Below, piece after piece: positions 10,662 to 20,000 of a DNA stretch of 20,000 nucleotides. The DNA is from Chiloscyllium plagiosum. Taxonomy: Eukaryota. Made by a program: the position numbers and the translations under genes. The first letter of the stretch is position 1. Every line of letters begins with the position of its first letter. The notes below the pieces were generated by a model. The model was not told the origin of the DNA. It searched no databases and saw only the letters and a list, made by a program, of their open reading frames with translations. The stretch covers positions 611,461 through 631,460 of the forward strand of contig NC_057750.1 of NCBI RefSeq assembly GCF_004010195.1, in the 5' to 3' direction.

Positions 10662-10893
10662 AGGGAGGCACTGGCCTGGTGCTATTATCACTGGAACTTT
10701 AACCCAGAGACCCTGGTATGTTCTGGGGACCCAGGTTCAAATCCTGCCACAGCAGATTATGGAATTTGAATTCAATACAAATCTGGAATTAAGCCTTTAA
10801 TGATGGCCATGAATCCATTATTGGCTGGCAGGAAACCCTTTAGGGAAGGAAGCTGCCATCCTTACCTGGTCTGGACTACATGTGACTCCAGAC
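10662..10893 (+). mobile_element. tRNA-derived SINE, 5' part (interrupted by the Penelope insertion)
   Basis: GGGAGGCACTGGCCTGGTG head, B-box GGTTCAAATCC, and body TTTAGGGAAGGAA..CTGGTCTGGACTACATGTGACTCCAGAC that resumes at 11439. Confidence 0.8.
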
Positions 10894-11438
10894 ACAGCAG
10901 CTAATGGACTTGAAAGATCCTATACAGACGATGAGCAAAACTAACGTAATTTACAAAATGCCGTGCAAGGACTGTAACAAACTCTACATTGGACAAACAG
11001 GCAGAAAACTAGCCACCAGGATACACAAATGCCAACTAGCCACAAAAAGGCATGACCCTCTCTCACTAGTATCCTCACATACGGATGAAGAAGGACACCA
11101 TTTTGACTGGGACAATACATCCATCCTAGGACAAGCCAAACGAAGACACACACAAGAATTCCTAGAAGCATGGCATTCCAACCAGAACTCTATCAACAAA
11201 CGCATCGAGTTAGACCCCATCTACCACCCCCTGAGAAACGAAACAGGAACTGACTTCACCACAGGAAATAACATCACCACAGGAAATGACATCGCCAACC
11301 CAATGAAACCCATACATATAAATAGAAAGCAGGAATTTTCAGCATTGCTTCACATGAGATCCACTGAAGATGTTACCTAGTAAGGTAATGAAATGTCTGA
11401 AAATGAACCTTTCAGCTTAGCGAGCAAACCTACATCCA
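10894..11438 (+). mobile_element. 5'-truncated Penelope-like retroelement: GIY-YIG endonuclease domain and 3' end
   Basis: ORF 10904-11380 reads NVIYKMPCKDCNKLYIGQTGRKLATRI..H..HHFDWDNTSIL...EFLEAWH..NSIN. An imperfect 11-bp TSD TGACTC(C/T)AGAC lies at 10883-10893 and 11439-11449. Confidence 0.92.
11360..11401 (+). ncRNA. Decayed minimal hammerhead ribozyme motif at the Penelope 3' end
   Basis: UCCA-CUGAAGA-U-GUUACC(uaguaa)GGUAAU-GAAA-UG-UC^UGAA. The core is intact; two differences from a canonical fold are CpG-type C>T changes. Confidence 0.72.
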
Positions 11439-11541
11439 TGACTCTAGACCCACAGCAATGTGCAGATTCTCAGGGCACTTAGGGATAAGCAATAAATATT
11501 GACCTGGCCAATGATTCCCTCATCCCATGAATGAACAAAAA
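11439..11541 (+). mobile_element. tRNA-derived SINE, 3' part
   Basis: AGACCCACAGCAATGTG...TAGGGATAAGCAATAAAT...CATCCCATGAATGAACAAAAA tail. Confidence 0.75.
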
Positions 11542-11554
11542 GCATCCCTCACAG

Positions 11555-12235
11555 CCTACACTCATCAAGACCCACAATGTCCCTTAGGGAGGGAATTCCA
11601 GGAATCTGACCCAGCGACACTGAAGGAAAGGTGATCTATTTCCAAGTCAGGATGGTGAGGGGCTTGGAGGGGAACTTGCAGGGCTAGTGTTTCCATGTGT
11701 CTGCTGCCCTTGTTATTGTAGATGGAAGTGGTTGTGGGTTTGGAAGGTGCTGTTGAATGGGTCATGGTGAATTCCTGCAGTGTATCTTGCAGACAGTACG
11801 TGATGATGGAGACTGTGAACTTTGACGGTGGAGGATAGGTGTCAAACAAGTCTCTGCTTTGTCCTGGATGGTGTCAAGCTTCTTGAGTGATGTTGGAGCT
11901 GCACCCATCCAGGCAAGTGAGGAGTATTCCATCACACTCCCGATTTGTGCCTTGTAGATGGTGGACAGGCTCTGGGAGTGAGGAGATGAGTTACTGAGTG
12001 CAGGATTCCTAGCCTCTGACCTGTTCTCATTGCCATTGCATTTATACGGCTAGTTCACTTCAGTTTCTGGTCAATGGTAGCCCCCGGAATGTTGATAGTG
12101 AGCGATTCAGTGATAGCAACACGATTGAAAGTCGAGGGTTAGGTTCTGTCTTGCTGGAGATGGTTGTCAATACCTGAGGCCAAACCTGGACATTGTCCAG
12201 ATCTTGTTGCATTTGAATAATGGACTGCTTAAGTC
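11555..12235 (-). mobile_element. CR1/L2-group LINE ORF2 C-terminal fragment
   Basis: The minus strand encodes SLSTIYKAQIGSVMEYSSLAWMGAAPTSLKKLDTIQDKA and SFSVAGSDSWNSLP. Confidence 0.85.
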
Positions 12236-12288
12236 AGTCTGGGAAGTGACATGAAATCACAATCCTCCAATTCCAAGGCACTAGTTTC

Positions 12289-12465
12289 ATCATCTTTGGC
12301 AGTCCCTCATCGATGAGGATGACTCTCTTCCACTCTCAGGGTGAGTCCTTACGGGTCTGTACAGTCTGATGCACTTCTACAGATTCTGCTACACTTGGGG
12401 TAAAAGGTGATAGTGGGAAGGGGCGGCTGGGGCATGGGTGTAGCAGTACACTCCTTACGCTACTT
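12289..12465 (-). mobile_element. RTE-clade LINE 3' end fragment
   Basis: The minus strand ends GTCATCCTCATCGATGAGGGACTGCCAAAGATGATGA, an RTE-type 3' terminus with a (GAT)n tail. Confidence 0.6.
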
Positions 12466-13199
12466 AACTGAGTTATTGCTAGCAGGGATAATCGATAAGC
12501 AGTAGCTGATTTTGTTTGGTGAAAGTTTCTCTTTAATTATCCCATTTTCTAGTGATTTTGGGAAGACCCTTCCATCACCCTCGAGACCAGATAGATAGGA
12601 CACATCAGCAGTTTGGAGGTTCCAATTCCTCATTTGCCTTTTATCGTGTTTAAATTCAAAGTAAGTAGAAAAGGAAACAAGCACTTGAGACCATTTGAAA
12701 CTTAGCGAAGATCCGCACAGAAAATCCATATATTTCTAATAGAGTTTCTAATAGGATAGGTCTTCTGATTAAAACGACTTGCACTGGGATTTAATTTGTG
12801 TCAGGCTGTGTGGTGGCCACATCATGAGTTCAAACAAAAAAACAAGTATCCAATATTGGTTTCTACATTACATGCAGTGGCATTTATCGGTGATCTGTCA
12901 CCTCCACTACAGGTGACTAAAGCGAACCATGAGTTGCAAGTTCACTTCAGTTCAATTACAGCAAACTGGAAAGTAAACAAGGGGCTGATTCAGGAATAAA
13001 AGTCTTTTTAACTAAATCACTTCCTATTTTCTTTCATTAAATGGGATTCCCTGATCCAACCATTTCAGTGAAAGGTAATAACTGACAGGGAGGCTGTTCC
13101 AATGTTCTGTTGAAACACTAAGTATACTAAAGTTTCAGTCAACATCAGTTTACCCAGCATACACAATGAGCTGCATTTTCATACAAAATAGTGTCAAAG

Positions 13200-13511
13200 A
13201 TTCCCAATAGTGTGGAAGCAGGCCTTTCAGCCTATCCCATCTATACTGACCCCCAGAAATATTCCAATCCTCCTACATGACCCCTGCATTTCCCATGGCT
13301 ATTCCACCCATCTGCACATCTCTGGACACTGTGGGGCAATTTAGCATAGCCCACCCACCCTACACTGCACATTTTGGACTGTGGGAAGAAACCCACACAG
13401 ACACGGGGAGAACATGCAAACTCCACATAGACAGTCACCTGAGGCTGGAATCAAACTCAGGTTCCTGGTGCTGTGAGGCAGCAGTGCTAACCACTGAGCC
13501 ACCGTGCCACC
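13200..13511 (-). mobile_element. HE1-like tRNA-derived V-SINE
   Basis: The minus strand starts GGTGGCACGGTGGCTCAGTGGTTAGCACTGCTGCCTCACAGC and contains the core TTCCCACAGTCCAAA. Confidence 0.92.
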
Positions 13512-13766
13512 CTAAATGTGCCCTTGCTTCTCGTCACTATCTCTAGCCTCCAGAAACTCTGCCCCTCCTCATAAGGCCCTGAATTGATGGACCATCCCAC
13601 AGCCAACTGTCTGGGATGGGAAGTGGCATTCGATGGGATAGACACAGCTACTGGACAGGGAGGTCCCAAAACATCTCTCACTGTCAGATTGGTCAGTCTT
13701 GGCCATTCTTGGCACAAGGTGGTTTCCTGTTTCCAAACCTCACCCTGCCTGGTGACTCAAAATTAC

Positions 13767-13961
13767 GAGGAGAAAGTGAGGTCTGCAGATGCTGGAGATC
13801 AAAGTTGAAGCTTTATTGCTGGAACAGCACAGCAGGTCAGGCAGCATCCAGGGAACAGGAGATTCATTCCGAAGAAGGGCCTGTGCCCGAAACGTCGAAT
13901 CTCCTGTTCCCTGGATGCTGCCTGACCTGCTGTGCTGTTCCAGCAATAAAGTTTCAACAAC
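13767..13961. mobile_element. Hammerhead-bearing Penelope-like element with internal inversion
   Basis: 62-bp inverted arms at 13804-13865 and 13897-13958 (1 mismatch). Hammerhead core at 13866-13900 lacking U4. 13-bp TSD GACTCAAAATTAC at 13754-13766 and 13962-13974. Confidence 0.88.
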
Positions 13962-14309
13962 GACTCAAAATTACTGACAGCATAAAGACTCAAAGGTAAT
14001 TACTATTCATTGTTTTATAGAGAAACGTGATGACATATTTTGTATTTTTATTAGAATGTTTTTAAATAGGACAAATGATGCATTTACGAAGTGGTTCTGA
14101 AATCAAGAAATGCCTCAATGCATTTCATCAAGATGCAATAATATATTTTCTGATTGAAACCATCATGTCCCAATTATTATAAATATAGGGAATACTGAGC
14201 TGCTCCACTCTTTAATCAGTGCACAAGCCTGACTCCGCTCCCTGTAAAAAATTCCACATTCGGAATAAACATTGGATGCTGGGACAACCGTGTACAAGTA
14301 GTCGGTCTC

Positions 14310-14630
14310 ATATTCACACTCGTACTCACACTCACTTAGAATCATACTGACTGACACAGTCATGCACACTCACACACACTCACTCACACACACACTCACC
14401 CACAGACACTCACCCACACACACTCACTCACCCACACACACACTCACACACACATACACACAGAGACCCACACACACACTCACTCAGACGCACACTCATA
14501 TACATTCACTCACACACTTTCCCTATTACACACACACACACATACTCACTTTGTCACTTAGACACACTCACTCTCACACACAAATTCACTCACTCGGACA
14601 CACTCACACACACTTTTTTACATACACTCA
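14310..14630 (+). repeat. Degenerate (CA)n/CACT microsatellite
   Basis: CACACACT-rich low-complexity tract. A short CR1 tail follows at about 14630-14690. Confidence 0.92.
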
Positions 14631-15194
14631 GCAATGGACCAGCTTGGGGCCAAAGGGTGTGTTTCTGTGCTGTAGGACTCTATGACTCTAATTAGCCTCT
14701 AGTGACAAGTTGATATCAGCATATAACACTATTAATCAAAACTGAAATCTTCTTATTAATAAGGTGGCCAGTTGATTCATAACATGTCTCTGACTTATCA
14801 ATTAAAAGTCACAGCATACAACAATGGTTGCAGGAAAGATAAACTGTTCATTTTCAGGTTCACAGTGAGTTTTGACTGCAGAGAACAGAGGGACTGCTCT
14901 CAAGCTGGGAAAGAACTGAACACTTCTCTTTCTGTCAGTCTCTCTCTTTCTATAACTCGTTCCTGGTCCTAAACTGTTCTTTTCCCAGACAGCCAATAGT
15001 ATAGTCATTGGCAGCCAAAAATATCCCTGCCATTCGTAACTGCTCACTGGTCTATCAACCAATCAACTTCTTAGTGTCAATCAAAGCTGCATCTGTACAC
15101 ACCTTGGCACCAAATTGTCTTCAGCTCCAACTTCAATTACTACTTGTTCACACAGTTATTTACGCAATGCCTAACAGCTGTTTTAAAAATATTT

Positions 15195-15550
15195 TTTCCT
15201 GTTTTAGTTAATTAAAAAACCTTCTGTTTGTTTTTTGGTTGCACTTCAGCCCCATGCTCCTGATCTTTGGGGGCCCAGTGCAGAGGGAGCAGGTCAGAGG
15301 ATCTCCTGCTGGATCTGTTCTTGGGCCAGGCCAGTCTAGGCTGGCTATAAACAGGTCCAGGCAGTGGACTGTGGAGGGCATCATCTCTGCAGACTGCCTA
15401 CCCCTCTTCCGCAGTTACACACGAGCCCGGGTGTCCTTGGAGATGGAGCATGCAGTGTCCACCAGTGCTCTCAATGCCTCTAGGGAGAGGTGGGTATTGC
15501 AGGGATAGACTGCTTTATTTTTACCCTCAATTCTATTTTGATTTAGTCCC
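15195..15550 (+). mobile_element. Tx1/L1-group LINE ORF2 C-terminal fragment
   Basis: LHFSPMLLIFG..LAINRSRQ..ADCLPLFRSYTRARVSLEMEHAVST..RERW, recognised as a chondrichthyan Tx1-like C-terminus; not verified by search. Confidence 0.7.
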
Positions 15551-16589
15551 TTACTTCTCTCCCTATCCCTCCATTACGTTTTGACATAAGCATTATCCTC
15601 ATTGGGCTTTCATTGTTAATGGTTCACAAGTCACACGGGTGTTTTTAAATTATTTAAAAACCCAAAAAAACAAACACAGGTCTTTCTCATTTCAGTCCAC
15701 AGATTTAGAAGGGTTCCGTGATTTCCGACCCTCTCCTTCAGCACCTCGAGTACCTTCCTGCCGTTTAGTGCCTTCCTTAAAGGAGGTGAGGAGTCTTACC
15801 TCAAACTTCACCAGTGCCAGCCCCCACCCCCAGCTGTGACTCCCCATTCCCCCCACCATTTTTGTTGTAAATAATACTCTGCTACAGAAAGACAGAAGCA
15901 TTAGGGGACACTGGGATGAGTACATGAGCATCGTGTTTACAATAACATTTACAGATAGAGGTGGCAATCTCTCGAACTGAGATTGTTTGCACATGTTACT
16001 CGGAAGAAGGATGTTTTGTAGAGAATGTCAGGTGCTAAAGGGTGCTGTTTGAAAGATGGTTCCGTTTCATCAAGGAGTTAGAGTTAATGCAAATCTAGCG
16101 AGCTTTACAAGACGCATGTGCCTAAGATATCTGCGAGGTGTTCATCCTGAAGCCATACCTTGTGTTTGTATCCATGTCCCTTTGGTGAAATGCTGTCAGA
16201 TGGGTTCACTCTGCTGGGTCTAATGGCAGGTCAGCGTCCTTATTGAGTGGTCCAACTCTGTTCATGTTGTTAGTGTGAACCCTGGCAATTGTAGAGAGGG
16301 CAGTGACACTGCGATGCCAAAAGTGTTACATTGGAAGCTGCAATGAAGCAACAGGCATTAAACATGCACGAGGCAACTGATGGAGATTCTGGAATCCAAT
16401 ATTATGTATGATAATCTTGTTTTGTGGCAAAGTTTCAAGGTTAACTCACACTCCCAATTACTTTAAGCAATGAATGGTACAGACACTGAATTCATCTCCT
16501 GCAGCACTGAGCCAGGTTCTGTTCAGTCAACGAAGGGCGCTAACATTTAAAGCTACCTTTTCCAGCATTTATCAATTGGGATAGCATCT

Positions 16590-17115
16590 TAGAACATTGA
16601 ACAGTACAGCCCAGGAACAGGCCCTTCAGCCCACTATGCCTGTGCTGACCATGATGGCATTCTAAACTAATCTCACAGGCCTGCACATGGTCCATATCCC
16701 TCTATTCTCTGCCTGGTCATGTGTCTGTCTAAATACCACTTAAATGTTGCTATTATTTTTGCTTCCACCACGTCTAGTGGCAGTGCATTCCCGCACGTAC
16801 CACCCTCTGTGTAAATAACTCGCCCCCATATCTCCCTCTCACCTTAAGTCTATGTCCTTAGTATTTGCCACCTCCACCCTGGAGAGACACTCTGACTAGC
16901 CACCCTACCCATGCCCCTCATTATTCTCTACACTCCTTATGGTGAATACATTCCACTCCAGACAACTTCCCAGTAAACCTCTTCTGCACCCTCTCCAAAG
17001 CCTCCACATCTGACCTATAGTATAGGTGATAACTGTGCAGAGTACTTCAAATGTGTCTTGACCAAAGTCTTATACAGTCACAGTATAACTTGTCAACTTT
17101 TATACTGAATGCCTT
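16590..17115 (-). mobile_element. Degraded CR1 LINE 3' region
   Basis: Reverse-strand tail ACAGTACAGCCCAGGAACAGGCCCTTCAGCCCAC, then reversed FTQRVVR-GNALP and VEALERVQKRF. Confidence 0.85.
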
Positions 17116-17248
17116 GTTGCCATCCCTAAGGAAAATAACTTCCTTGTTCCCAGGAGAGGCTTCAGTGTTGTTAAAGTCCAGTGCCTCAAAGTCTTACTGT
17201 CCAATCAAGGTTGAGGGCTCAGTACACTGAGCCTTTCTCTGGGCCTGC

Positions 17249-17388
17249 CTGGGTTTGTGTCTGCTCTTCATCCTCGCTCTGGGTTTGTGTCTGCTCTTCA
17301 TCCTCGCTCTGGGTTTGTGTCTGTTCATCCTCGCTCTGGGTTTGTGTCTGTTCATCCTCGCTCTGGGTTTGTGTCTGCTCTTCATCCT
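17249..17388 (+). repeat. 30/27-bp tandem repeat, about 5 units
   Basis: CTGGGTTTGTGTCTG(CTC)TTCATCCTCGCT with unit lengths 30, 30, 27, 27 and a partial 30. Confidence 0.95.
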
Positions 17389-17596
17389 TTACTTGCTGCT
17401 TGGTTCCAGTAACCCTTTCCTAACCTCATATATTCAATGCTACCTTCAAGGTTAAGATGACTGCCTGGCGTGTTCCAGCAATAGGCAGCATTTGGACCCA
17501 ATACCACTGATTCTCATCGCCTGCATGAAGCCTGAACCGAGAGCACTGTCCATGGTGCTGATCCACCCTTCAGCTGTGGATTATAGCCATACATTT

Positions 17597-18455
17597 GCTT
17601 TTGTTACTGCGTGTTAGAGGAAAACATTGTTCAGATACCTCAGAATCACATCATTCTGTAATTCATCTTTTCAAATGTACCCCCTCTCCCTATTCCCCAT
17701 CATAGCGCACAGACCCACTTCCTCATTCTGTGACCCTGCTCCTCTGATTTAGTACAATACAGCACAGGAACAGGCCCATCAGCCCACCAAGCCTGCGCTG
17801 ATTCCTCTTCCTTATTTAGACCTGCTACTCATTGCCCAGGCACCGTGTCTATCCCTCTGTGCACCTCCTGTTCATGTGTCTATCAAAATATACCTTAAAC
17901 CTTGCTAACCTACTTGCTTCCACCACCTCCACTGGCAGTGCATTCCAGTGGACAATTTTACCTGCACTTCTCCCTTCTACTTTCCCCCTCTTACCTTACC
18001 TGACCTGCACATCTTTGGACTGTGGGAGGAAACCGGAGCACCCGGAGGAAACCCGCTTTTGTTACTGCGTGTTAGAGGAAAACATTGTTCAGATACCTCA
18101 GAATCACATCATTCTGTAATTCATCTTTTCAAATGTACCCCCTCTCCCTATTCCCCATCATAGCGCACAGACCCACTTCCTCATTCTGTGACCCTGCTCC
18201 TCTGATTTAGTACAATACAGCACAGGAACAGGCCCATCAGCCCACCAAGCCTGCGCTGATTCCTCTTCCTTATTTAGACCTGCTACTCATTGCCCAGGCA
18301 CCGTGTCTATCCCTCTGTGCACCTCCTGTTCATGTGTCTATCAAAATATACCTTAAACCTTGCTAACCTACTTGCTTCCACCACCTCCACTGGCAGTGCA
18401 TTCCAGTGGACAATTTTACCTGCACTTCTCCCTTCTACTTTCCCCCTCTTACCTT
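17597..18455 (+). repeat. 401-bp direct duplication (17597-17997 / 18055-18455) separated by a 57-bp SINE fragment
   Basis: The copies appear identical by eye, with period 458. Each includes a minus-strand CR1 3' end. Confidence 0.95.
17998..18054 (-). mobile_element. Internal fragment of HE1-like V-SINE
   Basis: Minus strand GGGTTTCCTCCGGGTGCTCCGGTTTCCTCCCACAGTCCAAAGATGTGCAGGTCAGGT. Confidence 0.88.
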
Positions 18456-18535
18456 GAACCTGCACCATCTTGTAAGTGACCTTTCCACCCCGGGAAAAAC
18501 CTTCTGACCGTCCACCCTATCCATGTTGTAGACCT
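18208..18535 (-). mobile_element. CR1 LINE 3' end (partly duplicated at 17750-17997)
   Basis: Reversed tail TACAGCACAGGAACAGGCCC..GCCCAC and reversed ORF2 remnants (MDRVDGQKVFP, WNALP). Confidence 0.8.
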
Positions 18536-19336
18536 CTCTTGGGAAATCTTTGATAAACACTCTCTAACATTGGTCCATCAGTTCAGTAAAAGACTTTGCA
18601 ATAAAATACATTGAAATTTCCTTGGTAATTTATTTATTTGTGGAAATTTAAAATAATGTTGCAAACAGGAACATGAGTAAATAAATACAGCAGCCTGTGA
18701 TATTATTTCAACTTGCCTTTCACAGTTTCGGATGTAAAACTATTTTTAGAACACAGCTTAATGTTCTGTTGGAGTGAAACAGGCTTCTTGCCTTGACAAT
18801 GATTTTTTCCAACGTTCACACCATCCTATTTAGCCTGACCTGGTAGAGACCAGTAGCAATTTTAACATCAATGGGTGGAATGTTTAAAGTCTCAAACCTG
18901 ACCCCAGTCTTCTGGCATAACTGGAAGTGGCATAAACAGTCAAACTCAGGAAACCAAGCTGGTAAGATAGTTACCAAGAGCTTGATCCATTAGGTAAGTC
19001 TCTTTGCAGCATGGTTTGTGGTCATGAACAGCAGGACCTTCCTCTCTCTCTGAATCCACCAGCTTATCCTCTTCCATAATCTCTGATTCCCTAAACCCCT
19101 CTATCCTGTACACTTCCTTTCATTCCGCCTTTCTGTTCCCTGGCTGTGGTCTTGATCCACACACTTTAACATCCGATAGCAGCCTCTCAATGTGGATATG
19201 TATGCACAGAACAATCCAGCATTTCATGCAAAGAAATTACTCTCTAATCTGACATGGAGGAGGTTACTGACATAACATTGTTGGCCAGACTTGAACCTTA
19301 TACTGCCACGGAAATAAATGTCATTGGCAAGACCAA

Positions 19337-20000
19337 ATGGACTGCTGCACTGTTGGGGACTCAGTACAGCGGGTGTGCTGCACTGTTGGAGGGTCAGTGC
19401 TGAGGGAATGCTACACTATCAGATGGTCAGGGCTGGGGCAGTGCTGCACTGTCAGAGGGTCAGTGCTGAGGGAGAGTCACACAGTTGGAAGGTCAGTGCT
19501 GAGGGAGTGCTGTACTATCAGAGGATCAGGGCTCAGGGAGCACCGCACTGTCAAAGAGTCAGTGCTGAAGGAACGCCGCACTGTCAGAGAGTCAGTGCTG
19601 AAGGAACGCCGCACTGTCAGAGAGTCAGTGCTGAGGGAGCACCGCACAGAAGGTCAGTGCTGAGGGAGTGCCGCACTGTCAGAGAGTCAATGCTGAGGGA
19701 ATGCTGCACGATCAGACGGTCAGTACTGAAGGAGTGCCACATTGTCGGAAGGTTAGTGCTGAGGGAGCGCCGCAGTGTCGGAGAGTCAGTGCTTAAGGAG
19801 TGCTGCACTGTTGCCGGTCAGTGCTGAGGGAGTGCCACACTGTCGGAGGGTCAGTGCTGAGGGAGTGCTGCACTGTCAGAGGGTCAGTGTTGAGGGAGTG
19901 CCACACTGTCGGTGGGTCAGTGCTGAGGGAGTGCTGCACTGTTGACGGTCAGTGTTGAGGGAGTGCTGCACTGTCAGAGGGTCAGTGTTGAGGGAGTGCC
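19337..20000 (-). repeat. 33-bp minisatellite array, reverse orientation, running off the window
   Basis: Unit GTCAGTGCTGAGGGAGTGCCGCACTGTCGGAGG is the reverse complement of the 7457-8644 unit. Confidence 0.97.

Noticed and set aside
12553..12660. Plus-strand exon between TTTCTAG and AAA|GTAAGT
   Set aside because: All three frames contain stops. The overlapping minus-strand ORF has no recognisable motif.
13440..13511. tRNA genes at SINE heads (also 2365, 6722, 10662)
   Set aside because: A/B boxes continue into SINE bodies and no complete cloverleaf forms.
13767..13961. MITE or DNA transposon interpretation of the inverted repeats
   Set aside because: The arms are asymmetric and differ between copies, and the duplications are 13, 65 and 66 bp rather than a fixed length.
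14362..14685. His/Thr-rich ORF
   Set aside because: Translation of a CA microsatellite.

Overview
Non-genic or intronic, repeat-dense vertebrate DNA. The repeat families (HE1-like V-SINE, CR1 LINE 3' ends, Penelope-like element, 33-bp SINE-like minisatellite) point to a shark, probably a carpet shark; this is inferred from recognition, not from a search. No intact protein-coding gene is supported. The window holds a frameshifted class I ERV integrase remnant, many CR1/L2/RTE/Tx1 LINE fragments, tRNA-SINEs, two oppositely oriented arrays of a 33-bp minisatellite, a 136-N gap and a Penelope-like GIY-YIG fragment. The most interesting signal is a young, non-coding element carrying a minimal hammerhead ribozyme motif, present three times (4641, 8992, 13767). 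It forms 58-62 bp inverted repeats and is flanked by 65-, 66- and 13-bp target duplications. In one copy the inversion breakpoint falls exactly at the predicted ribozyme cleavage site. A sequence-unrelated hammerhead of the same architecture ends the Penelope fragment, and a 401-bp duplication flanks a 57-bp SINE fragment.
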